Assembly: GCA_001275005.1 (NCBI GenBank)
Contig: JWZX01002876.1
Coordinates: forward strand, 1-39,371
Direction: 5' to 3'
Length of the DNA: 39,371 nucleotides
From: Chrysochromulina tobinii
Lineage: Eukaryota
The notes beneath the pieces are model-generated. The model saw nothing but the letters and a program-made list of their open reading frames with translations. It ran no database searches and was not told the origin of the DNA. Shown here piece by piece: positions 11,110 to 21,790 of the stretch. Made by a program: the position numbers and the translations under genes. The stretch's first letter is position 1; each line of letters opens with the position of its first letter.

Positions 11110-11540
11110 CGGCACTCCTGCCCGCTCAGAACTCATGTGCAGAAGCGAGTCATGTGCAGAAGCGAGGTTGACTCTTGTGAACCCTTCTTCTCACTAACAG
11201 TCAGTCAGATAGTCAGTTTCGTCGCGGTCCCCCCGTGCTCACCACATCCAGGTCGTCGCAATCCGCTCCGAGAGCGGCGCATTGGGAAATTCATTTTTCC
11301 GAAAGCAATGGCGAGTCAAGAAGGCGAGGAGTGAGCTGGATAGATCTACTTAGGAGTACAGCTGGATACTCCTACTTTGATACTCCTAAAGATGTGAATA
11401 CACCGATTCTGGGTGCCGGCAGTCAAGTCGCGGCTCCCCCCGCCCTCACCGACTCCACCATCTCAAAGTACGGAGCTCCGCTGCCCTCGGTCAACACAAG
11501 CATTTCGATTTCTTTCATGGCGACCGTACGAGTAGCTCGC

Positions 11541-12518
11541 TCAGACAGCAGGCCTCCTTCCCGCCCCTAGCAGCAGCGTGGCCAGCACGCCGATGGCAAA
11601 GCCGCATCCGACAAGTACAACTGCCCGCTCCGATGGCGTGCCAACGAGCTTGCCGCTAGCGCAGGCGGGAACTTCGGTCGACGCGGCGGGCGCATCAGCG
11701 GTGGGGCCGAGGGCGAGCGCCTCGAGCCACGCGGCTTCGCTCTTCTTAAATGCGTCCTCACTTTTCAAGTCAGCAAAGCCCCATGCACACGTCGTTGGGT
11801 CGTTGGCGGTGCAGTGGGCGCTATTGTCGTCACCACGGGCCCCGACTGTCCAAGTCCGGCCGTCGTCGTCCGAGATCAGCTTATAGATGCCGCACGGTGC
11901 GAACTTGCCTGCCTGCTCCAGCGTGCCCGCCCCCACGAGCGCTCCTACGAGCGCGACCGACGCGGCGTGCGAGAAGCACGCGATCGTCTGGCCCGCAAAG
12001 CGGCCGCTCGCGAGCTCGCGCTTCCAGAGCAGCAGCCGGCGCAGGTAGTCGACTGTGGCCTCCCTCCCCGTGGCCTGATCGAACTGACCGCGGCACAGCC
12101 GATCGAGCACGGGTACATACTCCTCGTCCACCTCTGGCAGCACTGGCATGCGCGCCTCGGGTGGCACAATCTTTTCGGGTGAGTGTCCGAATTCGGCCAG
12201 GCAGTGTTCGATGCCGATGCGCAGTCCGAGGGACTGCGCAAGCGGCTGTGCTGTCTGCAGCACGCGGAAATAGGGCGAGGAGAGGATGAGGTTCGGCTTC
12301 TCGCGTACGAGCGCGGCCGCCGTCTCGCGTGCCTGCGCCTGCCCGAGCGCCGAGAGCGGCGGGTCGGTGAGCTCATGGCCGTGGCGAGTGCAGCGCTCAC
12401 GCCACTCCCGGCTATTTGCGTAGTCGAAGCGCGCTCCGTGGCGCACAAGGAGCAGAGTCGTGCGTAGCGTCGGCGTTGGCGCCGGCAATTTCGGTGGGCT
12501 CCCGAAGTCTGTCGACAT
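11541..12518 (-). CDS. Histidine phosphatase (phosphoglycerate mutase superfamily) with a C-terminal membrane anchor
   Basis: Motifs LLLVRHG, DPPLSALG..QA, SSPYFRVLQTA, LAE and FSHA; hydrophobic tail AVVLVGCGFAIGVLATLLLG. ATG at 12518. Confidence 0.9.
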   Translation of the reverse strand: MSTDFGSPPKLPAPTPTLRTTLLLVRHGARFDYANSREWRERCTRHGHELTDPPLSALGQAQARETAAALVREKPNLILSSPYFRVLQTAQPLAQSLGLRIGIEHCLAEFGHSPEKIVPPEARMPVLPEVDEEYVPVLDRLCRGQFDQATGREATVDYLRRLLLWKRELASGRFAGQTIACFSHAASVALVGALVGAGTLEQAGKFAPCGIYKLISDDDGRTWTVGARGDDNSAHCTANDPTTCAWGFADLKSEDAFKKSEAAWLEALALGPTADAPAASTEVPACASGKLVGTPSERAVVLVGCGFAIGVLATLLLGAGRRPAV

Positions 12519-12783
12519 GTGGATACTCGCCACCCAGGGCGCGTCTTTTCAAGGTTCCTGTCCTCGCGTGTGAACAGAGACACACAGAGACGATGGACCA
12601 GCACTAAAGCCGCCGACAGACTTCTTCTTTTTCAGTTCTTGTTCTGTTACGTTGAGATTGTTTTGACGAACAAGATGCGAAGTTGATCGAACAAAAGAGT
12701 GGCGATGATCAATTTCATTGACGGTCTCTCGGTTCCGGTGTGCGTGGACACAACAGGTGCACAGGCGAGAAAGGCGCGCACCA

Positions 12784-14793
12784 ATGTCGGCGGAAGCGAC
12801 AGAGGCGCAAGCGACTGATCGCGAGGCGGACGCCGCATCGATCATAGCGCTCGGCATGTCGCAGCCATCAGCGCAGTCGCCGTCGCAGTACCCGCCGTTG
12901 TCGGCCTCTCCATACGCTGGTTTGCAGGGCGTCGAGGGTGCAACTGACAGCAACGCTCTTGCCGCGATGGCGGCAGCCGTGCAGCAGGCGTCCGCGGCGG
13001 CGGGCATCGATCCCTCCGCCGGCCTCGCCGCGCTCACGCAGTCCTTTAGCGTCAACCAGTCAATGGCCCTTGCGGCGATGAATATGCTTCCAGCGCAGCA
13101 GCAGCATCAGCAGCAGCAACAGCAGCAGCAGCTGCAGCAGCAGGGTGGCGTGCCGGTGGCGCTGGCCGCGACTTCGGCGGCGCCGTACCAGGCCGGCGGG
13201 CAGCAGCTACCACCGCCCACGATCCAGCACGTCGACGCGCAGGCAGTGCCTCTCCTGGCGGCAGCCGCACAGGCCGCTGACAGTGTGTACTCACTACCCC
13301 GGCCAGGGATGACAATCACGCCGGCGATGCCGCTTGCCATCGGCCAGCACGGCTTTGATCCCGTGTGCATGCCCTCGGCGGGCAGCAGCGCCGGCGGCGT
13401 GGACGAGTTCGTGTGCGTCGTGTGCCGAAAGGTGTTCAAGAAGGAAGCGAACCTGATCTACCACATGACAGAGCATCGGGCCTCTGCTCAGCCCGGTGCG
13501 GGCGCCCTCGTGGCCGCCACGTCCCTCGCGGGCGGCGCCGACGACGACATGCTCGTCGGCACCAACGGCGCGGTCAAGTGCTCCGACTGCGACAAGCAGT
13601 TCGCGACCAAGTACCAGGCCAAGAAGCATTACCTACGCCGCCACTTTTCTGGCGATAAGCCTTTCGCGTGCACTAAGTGTGGGAAGAAGCGATTCGTGGT
13701 CAAGGAGGACCTGACGATGCACATGAAGGCGTGCGGCAACGTGTACGTGTGCAAGTGCGGCATCCGGCTCTGCTCCCTCGGCGCGCTCAAGCGCCATTGC
13801 AAGCAGTTCTCACACGAGCCCATGTCCCTCGAGCCGATGCCCGAGGTCGCCTCGCTCATGGGCCACCCGCTCTTGCCGACGGCCCCCGCCACCGTGCCGG
13901 CGACCGAGAGCGCGATGGCTGGTGTGGTGGGCGCGATGGGGCAGCAACATCGGGGCATGATGGCCGCCCCAGCGACCGCGCAGACGGCGCACGACGCGTA
14001 CGCGATGGCAATGCTCGGTCACCTTCGTGCAGCGCAGCCCAGCGGTGCGATCGCCATGACGCCGACGCTTCAGATGCATGCGAGCCTGGCCGAGCAGCAC
14101 GCGGCGCAACAGGCGGCCTTTGCCGCCATCCAGGCGCAGCACACCGCCGCCGGCCAGCAGCAGCACCAGCAGACACTTCAGCAGCAGCAGCAGGAGCAGG
14201 AGTACCAGCAAGAGTTCCAGCAGGAGTACCAGAAGCAATACTTGCAGCACCTGCAGCACCTGCAGCAGCAGCAATACCAGCAGCAGCAGCAGCAGCAGCA
14301 CCTTCAGCAGCAGCAGCATCATCAGCAGCAGCAGCAGTACCAGCAGCAGCAGCAGCAGCAGCACCAACAGCAGCAGCACCAGCAGCAGCACCAGCAGCAG
14401 CACCTGCTGCAGCTGCAGCAGCAGGCGATGGGCTTGCACCATAGCAGCAGTGCACTCGCCACGTCAATTGCCTCCGCGCTGCAGCCGGGCGCGTCCGCCG
14501 CTTCCGCCTTCGCCGCCCCGCCGCCGGGCGCCCAGTTCAACGCTGCCATCTGGTACGAGCAGCAGATGAATGCCTCGCGTGGCATGCAACTCCAAGGCGC
14601 CGTCGTGGGCGACGATGCTTTGAATGGGGCGGCGGCGAGCGCGCCAGCGGCCGAGGCGCCAGCGGCCGGTGAGGGTGCCGCCGGGGCGGCCATCATGAGC
14701 ATCATGGCGAGCTCTATGGCGCCGGTAGCCGACGCGGCCGTGGCCGTGGTGTCGGGCGCCCAGGAGCACGCCGGCACCGACGGCTTGTATTGA
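12784..14793 (+). CDS. C2H2 zinc-finger transcription factor (WIP/STOP1/ATMIN-like finger array) with polyQ tracts
   Basis: Fingers: CVVCRKVF...YHMTEH, CSDCDKQF...KHYLRRH, CTKCGKKRF...MHMKAC, CKCGIRL...RHCKQFSH. Long CAG tracts flank the array. Confidence 0.9.
   Translation: MSAEATEAQATDREADAASIIALGMSQPSAQSPSQYPPLSASPYAGLQGVEGATDSNALAAMAAAVQQASAAAGIDPSAGLAALTQSFSVNQSMALAAMNMLPAQQQHQQQQQQQQLQQQGGVPVALAATSAAPYQAGGQQLPPPTIQHVDAQAVPLLAAAAQAADSVYSLPRPGMTITPAMPLAIGQHGFDPVCMPSAGSSAGGVDEFVCVVCRKVFKKEANLIYHMTEHRASAQPGAGALVAATSLAGGADDDMLVGTNGAVKCSDCDKQFATKYQAKKHYLRRHFSGDKPFACTKCGKKRFVVKEDLTMHMKACGNVYVCKCGIRLCSLGALKRHCKQFSHEPMSLEPMPEVASLMGHPLLPTAPATVPATESAMAGVVGAMGQQHRGMMAAPATAQTAHDAYAMAMLGHLRAAQPSGAIAMTPTLQMHASLAEQHAAQQAAFAAIQAQHTAAGQQQHQQTLQQQQQEQEYQQEFQQEYQKQYLQHLQHLQQQQYQQQQQQQHLQQQQHHQQQQQYQQQQQQQHQQQQHQQQHQQQHLLQLQQQAMGLHHSSSALATSIASALQPGASAASAFAAPPPGAQFNAAIWYEQQMNASRGMQLQGAVVGDDALNGAAASAPAAEAPAAGEGAAGAAIMSIMASSMAPVADAAVAVVSGAQEHAGTDGLY
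14155..14425 (+). repeat. CAG-rich polyglutamine tract
   Basis: Interrupted (cag)n runs. A shorter one lies at ~13095-13143. Confidence 0.9.
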
Positions 14794-15297
14794 GGATGCG
14801 CATATGCAGGACACCACGGGTGCAGACGCACGGATGCGGATGGTCGCGGCGGCAGCGTGGGCATGGGGACGGAGCAACCCTGGCCTAACCTGGGCACGCG
14901 TGCACCGACGAGGGAAAGCGCCACACGACGCGCGCATGTGAGGAGGGAGCATGAGGATGATTGGAAGCAGGACCGCCAGCCACTTGTGGACTGATCGCGG
15001 GTCTGAGGGGTCGCGCGCGAGCGCGCGCGCGACATGCATTCTGAGTACTGTGTACACGGTCGGCTAGTAGGCGCAACGCAGGGCGCACACGGAATGGGAA
15101 TGGTGGGTGACAACTGACATATGTTCCGGATCAGACATGTCGTATGGGCGGGTCTAATATCGTACACGTCGCAACGCCTAAACCCGGCTAATGGTTACGG
15201 CTTACGCGCGCGGATGATGCGGGAAATCGGAAAATCACACTGACGTTGTTCGATGTTATGGTGTTGGTTTCGCATTAGGTTTAGGAACCGACACCTC

Positions 15298-16087
15298 CTA
15301 AGTGGTGGTGGGCGGTTCGCCGCTGCCGTTAGGCAGCGACAAGCCTCTCGGCTCGCTCGTCTCGCGCTGTCCCGCCGGCTGCGGCTCGGGGTCCTCGGCG
15401 CTGCCCATACAATACATGTGTGTACATGGACTCTTCGACGTCGATGGATCGTCGCTGAGCGGCGCAATCTCGTATGGGACGATGCGCTGAGGGCGGCTCC
15501 CGTAGAGGTACAGGCAGCGGCCCACGGCGAGGAGCAGAGCTGCAGGCATGAGCACTGCGATCTCGATCGTTGGTCGTGAGAGGCTCATGAGCCAAGGGAT
15601 CGAACTATGCCCTTGATGCAACGGCAGCGATATGGAAGGCGGAGTCTCCGGGGACCTGAGAGGCAGGTGCAACGGTTGTTGCGGCGAGGGCGTAGTTGGT
15701 GCCGAGGGTGTCGGTGGCGGCCGGTAGGGAGGTGGAGGTGGCAATAACGGAGGTGCAGGTGCTCGTGGGGGCCCTGGCCAGGGTGGCGGTGGAGAGGGCA
15801 GTGGCGGCGTGGGAGGCGGAGGGCGGGGTGGGTGGAGATGGCGGAAGATGTGGTGGAAGCGGCGGCGGTGACGGTCGAAGGCATCCTTGAACCTTGGTGC
15901 AGCCAGCACAGTCATGCGTGTTGCACGCGTATTGCCAGTCTCGCTTGGCCCACGAGGCGCAAAAGTGCTCACATGGCAAGCGCTCGGGAGCTGGCGGCGA
16001 TGCCACTCCCACTCTATCGGCGTGCTGTATATCTGCCTCTTTGACCCAATTTCCCATCGGCAGCGAGATGCATGAGAGCACCGACAT
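15298..16087 (-). CDS. Putative Cys-rich + Pro-rich single-pass cell-surface protein, split by a +1 frameshift near 15815
   Basis: ORF 15605..16099 encodes a Cys module (CEHFCASW...ACNTHDCAGC...GC) followed by SPPP repeats. The Pro-rich tract and a TM segment (IAVLMPAALLLAVGRCLYLY) continue in ORF 15298..15972. Confidence 0.5.
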
Positions 16088-16731
16088 GAAGACTACCACT
16101 GGACGTTCATAAAGCTATCCGATGAATACCTTGTACTATTGTATGGACGACTTGCATGCTTTCTTTCGTTCGTTTCAGGGCACTCTCGGCCAGACACACA
16201 CCCACAAGCCCCGTGAAGGCGTGCGAGGGAGGCGCTCACACAGACACAAAGGGGGATATTAAATGAACAACTTTCAACTTCTCAGTCTACAACACCGCAT
16301 TTCAGGGGGTCCCGCCAGTGTGCTGTGTGGGTAGCTTGGTCAGTTACAAACTCTCTCAGTCTAAGGCTCAGGGGGGCTCGGCTAGGGTTCGGGTTCCCTC
16401 TGGGTTGGTTATATGGTTAAGGGGTTGGGGTCGACCTCCTAGATCGGGGTGGGGTCCGAGGGGGGGGGTCCCCGGAAAATGACAAATTTCCAGCGGAACA
16501 ATGGTCAATCCTGCGCTGGCCACTACATGGAGAGTTGGCGAGATGATTGAACTTTGAGGACATGCTTCATGGTCGCGCGTGCGAGACGCGTCGCAGGGTT
16601 CGGTTCGGGTAAAGTGTTGGCGAGTCGGTGTTCGCTGTCGTGCGCGGGCCGGGCGCGGCGTCTGCCCATCGTTCGCGGACGATCCTGAAAACGTCGAAAT
16701 AACTACTGTTATACACAAATGTGCTCAAGAT

Positions 16732-18069
16732 TCACACGGCTTGGCGCTCGAGTGGCACGCTTCGTCGGAAATGCTCCGTGACTGATATCTCGTGAAGGAT
16801 GAGCTTGCTGATCGCAGCGCTCTGCGGTCTGCGATCCCACCACGGGCCTGAGGGCTCGGCTGATATCTCGTCGGCTGCAGGATTCGATGATTGCGGGCCT
16901 GCAATCGCCAGCCCCGCTTGCTCGACGCTCTGCACAAGCTGGAGCAGCGGCTTCGCTAAAAGAAAAGACTCGAGGGTCACGGGTGAGCTTTTTTGGTGGC
17001 GTTCGGGCGGTGGCAACGTCCACGATTGTGGACTAAGGATCAGCATCGGCTCTGAGCGTTGGCGCTGAGAGAAGGCACTCGTTGGGCGAGCCTGCATGAA
17101 TGGACGTGCACCTTGGCCGTGCGATGGCGCCTGTCCGCGTGCTGCGCTCCGTGAGATGCCGGAGAAAGAATTGAGGAGGTCAAGCGGCTGGCGAGGCGCG
17201 GCTGGCTGGTTCGTGTGCTTGTATGGGATGAGCATTGCTGGTGGCCGCCTCGCCCTAGGTCTCTTCTGTTCCATAGGAAGCACGCCCTGCGGTCGATTCG
17301 CAAGCCGAAGCGAATCGAAAGGTGGTGGTGGTATCTCTGCGTGCACCGCAGCCGGCGCAACGGCGCAACTCGGCTCATTGCAAAGGCCACGGCCACAGCT
17401 TGCAGTCGTTGGGCGCGTGTGTCGCCCGTCGTGCCAGCAGCTCTGGATGGCTGTGGCAGCAGCGCGTGGCTGCGGCTGTAGTGGTGGCGAGGGTGCTCGG
17501 GTCTTCTTGGGGATGATGGGTGTGAAACGTATCAAAGTTGTCGAGCCTTCTCCACCTGAAAGCACCGTAGACGGGCCACCTTCCCGATTGCGACCCCGTG
17601 AAAGCACTGGGGTTGCCACCGGGAGCGAGGGCGGGTTACCAACTAAAGCGCGATCAAGCACGACGTGCAGCCAAACTGCATACTCCTGTGGATCTCTCCC
17701 TGCGCAGTAGGAGCCACAGCAGTCAAACAGGACATTCTGGAACGGCTTCTTCTCCATAAACTGGCCGTCAGAGCTGCCCTGTGCCCAACTGTCCTCTGCA
17801 GTCTGGATGGCTTCCAACTCGTCATAGTCATCTTCATTCATATCAACGAGGCATCGGTATAGCAGGAGTTGCACATTGCAGTACTCCTGGCGGTCAATGT
17901 TCGTGCGGCCTGGCAACCGACGCTGCAAAGACCGCACGGCGCACTGCCACCAAGCATCCAGCTCGTTCAAGACACTGGAGTGCCAACGGAGCCTCTGGCG
18001 CTCTGCGCCGACCACCTTGGCGCCCTGCGCGTCGCTTGGCTGGCCTTTCGTCGTCATCTGCACATGCAC
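16732..18069 (-). CDS. Hypothetical protein with an N-terminal EF-hand-like helical domain and an IQ-like motif
   Basis: 445-aa ORF with RQRLR...LDAWW...IDRQEY...AEDSW...FQNVLFD...EYAVWL, which resembles a degenerate EF-hand-like domain seen in protist proteins. AAATAIQSCW is IQ-like; the C-terminus is disordered. Confidence 0.55.
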   Translation of the reverse strand: MHVQMTTKGQPSDAQGAKVVGAERQRLRWHSSVLNELDAWWQCAVRSLQRRLPGRTNIDRQEYCNVQLLLYRCLVDMNEDDYDELEAIQTAEDSWAQGSSDGQFMEKKPFQNVLFDCCGSYCAGRDPQEYAVWLHVVLDRALVGNPPSLPVATPVLSRGRNREGGPSTVLSGGEGSTTLIRFTPIIPKKTRAPSPPLQPQPRAAATAIQSCWHDGRHTRPTTASCGRGLCNEPSCAVAPAAVHAEIPPPPFDSLRLANRPQGVLPMEQKRPRARRPPAMLIPYKHTNQPAAPRQPLDLLNSFSGISRSAARGQAPSHGQGARPFMQARPTSAFSQRQRSEPMLILSPQSWTLPPPERHQKSSPVTLESFLLAKPLLQLVQSVEQAGLAIAGPQSSNPAADEISAEPSGPWWDRRPQSAAISKLILHEISVTEHFRRSVPLERQAV

Positions 18070-18503
18070 AACTCTCTCGCCTTGGAGTCGATCGCCGAGC
18101 GAGAGTTATACAGGGCACACAGGCACGATCGGAACGTCGCGCCGCGTCGGCGCTGGAATCGCCCTTCGGTTCAAGTTCCATTTCCTAAACGGAACAGACC
18201 TCTTTTGGCTCGTCCTGAAACCGACCCCTCCACGATCGGGGGGTGACGCTCGTGCTGAAACCTCCTCCGTCGCGACATCGCACGTTTGCCGCGTGCCGAG
18301 ACGGGCTTTACCATGCGCAGCTCGTCGAGAGATTTGTACGCTAAAGCCTAAACAAGCACAAAGTCGCAAGTGGCGGGGCCGGGGGGGACCCCCTGCGTGG
18401 GGTGCGGTGAGGGAATTTGAAGGAGCGATGTCGACGTAAGAATGTGCTATGATTGGAAGCAGTAATTTGAAGTGCAATTTGACTTGCTGTCACCTTTTTC
18501 ATC

Positions 18504-19418
18504 TCACGCGCCCAAGCCTAAATGTCGCAATCTTATTTCCGAAGGATCGAGCGGTCGCTTCTGCTTGGCCCTCTGAGTCTTGCGCGGTTTGGGCACATAC
18601 TCTCGCTGCGTCCTCTGCACTTTACGGTCCTTGCCGCCGCGCGCGGTAGCTCCTCGACCCGCCTTGCCGTAGGCCACCATAAGCGCGTTCGTGATCGCCG
18701 CCTGTTCCGCCACCCACGCGTCCTTATCAGCGGTATCGATGCGGAGCGGTTGCCCCTCGTCCGTCTCTCGAGGCCCTTCCAGCTCGCCCGCGGTGCCTCG
18801 CTGCTTACGCGGAGCTGGCGACACAGGCTGGACCAATTTTGATGCGCTCGCGTTCGCGGTCGCCTTGGTGCTCGAAGCGAAACGCACAGTCGACTCCCCT
18901 TTGTTGCGCTTCTTTTTGTGCTTAGTAGCAGCGCGTCCTACGGTGCCAGTGAGGATGCCGGGCGCCAGCGCGTCCGACATCGTGGTCGTCGGCTCGTCAT
19001 CCAAGGCTGCTTGCGCCGCCGCGGCGGCTGCGGCGGCTGCAGCCGCGCGCTCGGCCTTCCGAATCGCTAGGATCTCCGAAATGGTGGTCGGCTTGTGAGG
19101 TGGTAGCATGGGAGGAGTCGGCAGAGAGATAGGTAGCATGGGAGTCGGCAGAGAGATAGGTAGCAGGGGGGGAGTCGGCAGAGAGAGAGAGCTGTCCAGT
19201 ACGGGCGGTACGGCATCCGGTGGAAGGGATGAGCTGTTGGCATGCGAGACAAAGAGTGGGGCCTTGGGATTCCACGATGCGTACGATACGAAGAAAGACT
19301 GTGACGAGTTGGTTGGGCAACAATCATTCGCCGCCCTTGTTTCATGATGAGGGACCTGACTGGTACGCGCTGAAGAGGATGCGAAGAGCGGCTGGGCGTG
19401 CACCGCAACAGGCAGCAT
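18504..19418 (-). CDS. Hypothetical low-complexity basic protein
   Basis: 304-aa ORF with poly-Ala, a KHKKKRNK NLS-like patch and LPISLPTP repeats. No recognised domain; start uncertain. Confidence 0.4.
   Translation of the reverse strand: MLPVAVHAQPLFASSSARTSQVPHHETRAANDCCPTNSSQSFFVSYASWNPKAPLFVSHANSSSLPPDAVPPVLDSSLSLPTPPLLPISLPTPMLPISLPTPPMLPPHKPTTISEILAIRKAERAAAAAAAAAAAQAALDDEPTTTMSDALAPGILTGTVGRAATKHKKKRNKGESTVRFASSTKATANASASKLVQPVSPAPRKQRGTAGELEGPRETDEGQPLRIDTADKDAWVAEQAAITNALMVAYGKAGRGATARGGKDRKVQRTQREYVPKPRKTQRAKQKRPLDPSEIRLRHLGLGA
19114..19186. repeat. Three copies of ggagtcggcagagaga(taggtagca), period 27-30 bp
   Basis: Seen directly; encodes the LPISLPTP repeats on the minus strand. 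Confidence 0.85.
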
Positions 19419-19712
19419 ACCTCAGTCGACAGTGAAGGCCTCTCGACCACGGACAAGGCAAGTCAAGGAGAAAAAACTCGGCGACTCGTCAAACTTCTAG
19501 CTCCTGTGAAATTCGCATGTCCCAGTTGCGAAACGGATGTCTCGGCTTGGATTTCTACAAAAAAACAACATGCACAAAACCGAACGAAGCGCAAGCGCGC
19601 GCGCAATCCGGTTCAAGAATCGTTTTGAAACGGCACGAGTTTCTTTTTTGGGCGTGTTCCCACAAACAATCTGTTTCATGTCGAGCATCGGTCATTCTGC
19701 GAAGCCTTCGGA

Positions 19713-21014
19713 ATGGTGCTTATCGACTTAGGGTACGACGACTTCGCGGCAATGGTGCGCGCCCGCGAGGGTCGGAACGTGCCCGACTCCGAGCTGCAGC
19801 GCCGCTTTGCGAAACTCGACCTCGAGGCCGAGCGAGCAAACCAGCAGGCACAAGGTATGTCACATCCTGCCATCTCACATGGAGGGAGACCGAGGCGCCT
19901 CAATGCCAGTCGCTCGGCACCGGGGCTGCGCCTGCATAGCTTAGCCAGCAGCGAGGACGGTTTTGTCCCGTCGGCATCCTTGTCCCGGCCTATGCGCGGA
20001 GGGTTGGATGACGGCGTTTCGTCCTCGCTCCCGGTTACGCCTGCAACCTTCGCCAGTTCCGATCTGTCCTCTCCGACCAGGTCTCCAACAAGAGCTCAGC
20101 AGCGAGCGAGCGCGGAGAGAATGTCAAGCGCCCCCACGGGATCTCCCGAGCACGAGGTGGCGATGTGGCCATCCTTTGATCCACCGGGCTTTGCAGCGGA
20201 GGCTAGCTTTGAACAGCTGACGGGTAGCCATAACCAAGGTCTGCGCTCTCGGCCCGGCTCACGGGCATGCTCACGTCCCAGCAGCATGCAATCGAGGCAG
20301 CGTCGGCTTTTAGGCGAGATAGCCGCGCAAGAGAAGGACGTGTACGGCGGCTACGATCCTCGGCAGCTGCTCGCGGATGGCCGCTATGACGGTTTCATGA
20401 ATGTCGTCGTGGACGACTCCATCAAGCCTCAACGCAAGCTTTTGCCCACGACCGCCGTTTTCGCCAAGGGATTGCTTCCAGGGGGTCTGCCCGCACATCC
20501 AGTGGGCGGCCATAAGACGAGCGCGTCAACAATGCCCGAGCCAAGCACCGTGTTGCCCAGCGAACGCAAGGATTGGCCGCGCCCAGGGCGCCACCTGAAT
20601 TCGCACTACTATCGAAGCCGGACCCCTCGATTTACGCCGACCCGAACGTACTCTGGTCAAGACACGCGCAATTTCGTGGCCGATGACCCCTTTGATAAGT
20701 TTGCGCACAAGTACCAAGCGCGAACCAATTACTGGGTCGGTTTCCCGGAGCCGCCCCCCACGGGCGAGGAGGACGAAGACGAGCGCCTGGGCACACAGCC
20801 GCGCGAAACCTTCCACGCCGTCGCCGACTCGTTTCGAATTGGCACCATCGTCCGCCATCCACACAAGCAGCACGCTTCTTTTGTCTCCGAGGCCCCGCGC
20901 TTCACGCCCCCTAGGCAGCTCGAACCCTTCTACCGGCGCGAGGGAGCGCGCAGGCGGCAGGAGCATTTCCAGTCCGCGTCTGCGCGCAAGGCGTTCTGGG
21001 TCACCAACAGATGA
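19713..21014 (+). CDS. Hypothetical protein with a vestigial EF-hand-like N-terminus
   Basis: 433-aa ORF. LGYDDFAAMVRAREG...ELQRRFAKLD resembles calmodulin-type inter-EF helices. The PRFTP motif occurs twice. Confidence 0.55.
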   Translation: MVLIDLGYDDFAAMVRAREGRNVPDSELQRRFAKLDLEAERANQQAQGMSHPAISHGGRPRRLNASRSAPGLRLHSLASSEDGFVPSASLSRPMRGGLDDGVSSSLPVTPATFASSDLSSPTRSPTRAQQRASAERMSSAPTGSPEHEVAMWPSFDPPGFAAEASFEQLTGSHNQGLRSRPGSRACSRPSSMQSRQRRLLGEIAAQEKDVYGGYDPRQLLADGRYDGFMNVVVDDSIKPQRKLLPTTAVFAKGLLPGGLPAHPVGGHKTSASTMPEPSTVLPSERKDWPRPGRHLNSHYYRSRTPRFTPTRTYSGQDTRNFVADDPFDKFAHKYQARTNYWVGFPEPPPTGEEDEDERLGTQPRETFHAVADSFRIGTIVRHPHKQHASFVSEAPRFTPPRQLEPFYRREGARRRQEHFQSASARKAFWVTNR

Positions 21015-21790
21015 GGGGAGACTTGTTACTAGTTACTTGAAACCGCGCACTAATTGAGACCGAGGGCGAGTCTGCATGATTAAGCTGTGATTATCCCGAC
21101 GCAATCGGCCGCCAAGCTCCAGACGTGGTGCGGACTGCGGTCCGGAATTGCCGTATGTGGTCCGTCGGAACCGAGCGCCCGTGTGTCGGTCGAGGCGGCC
21201 TCGAGGGGCGTGCGAGTGCGGGCAGCGCCCGAGCCGAGCGGGTCCGGTCGCTTGGAGCGATCTCTTGGTCTCTCTCACCCTTTGTTCTGTTTATAATATT
21301 GACAGCTCATATTGACAGCTCTCGTTATCCTGCGGTTCGGAGACGCGCGTCGTCCGTACCGCGCGAGATACGCCCGAAGGTGGGTGTAGGGACTCGTGCT
21401 TTCGCTCGGCTCAGCTATTACCAAATACCCACACGTACCGCCCTAGCCCCTAGCCCGCGCGGATCCACATCGAAAAATATAATAGACCCGACTGCGTGGT
21501 GTGTTTCCGCGCGAATGAACTTTATAAGGCCGGTTGGTCGAATCCGCTATCGAAATTCCGGCCGGCTGCATCGCGGACCCACCGGACGGTCCGGGGACTC
21601 CTACACTACGGTCGGGTGTAGTACTCACTCATCGCTTGTTTTTTGGTACTGTGGTGTACAGTATAGTACAGCGTTGCAGCCGTGCTGGGGTCATACAGCG
21701 GCTGTGCAACACGAACGACCCCCAAGCTAACAAGGAATCGATTCAAGGCGAAGGCGGCTGTGTTCGCACCAATGGCCCGTAATTTGCCCC

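Noticed and set aside
11351..11390. Small hairpin taggagta/tactccta as a terminator
   Set aside because: The stem is only 8 bp, and intrinsic terminators are not expected for eukaryotic Pol II genes.
21280..21720. ncRNA/tRNA or MITE in the convergent intergenic gap (atattgacagctc x2, tagcccc x2)
   Set aside because: Only short direct repeats are present, with no cloverleaf, terminal inverted repeats or target-site duplication.
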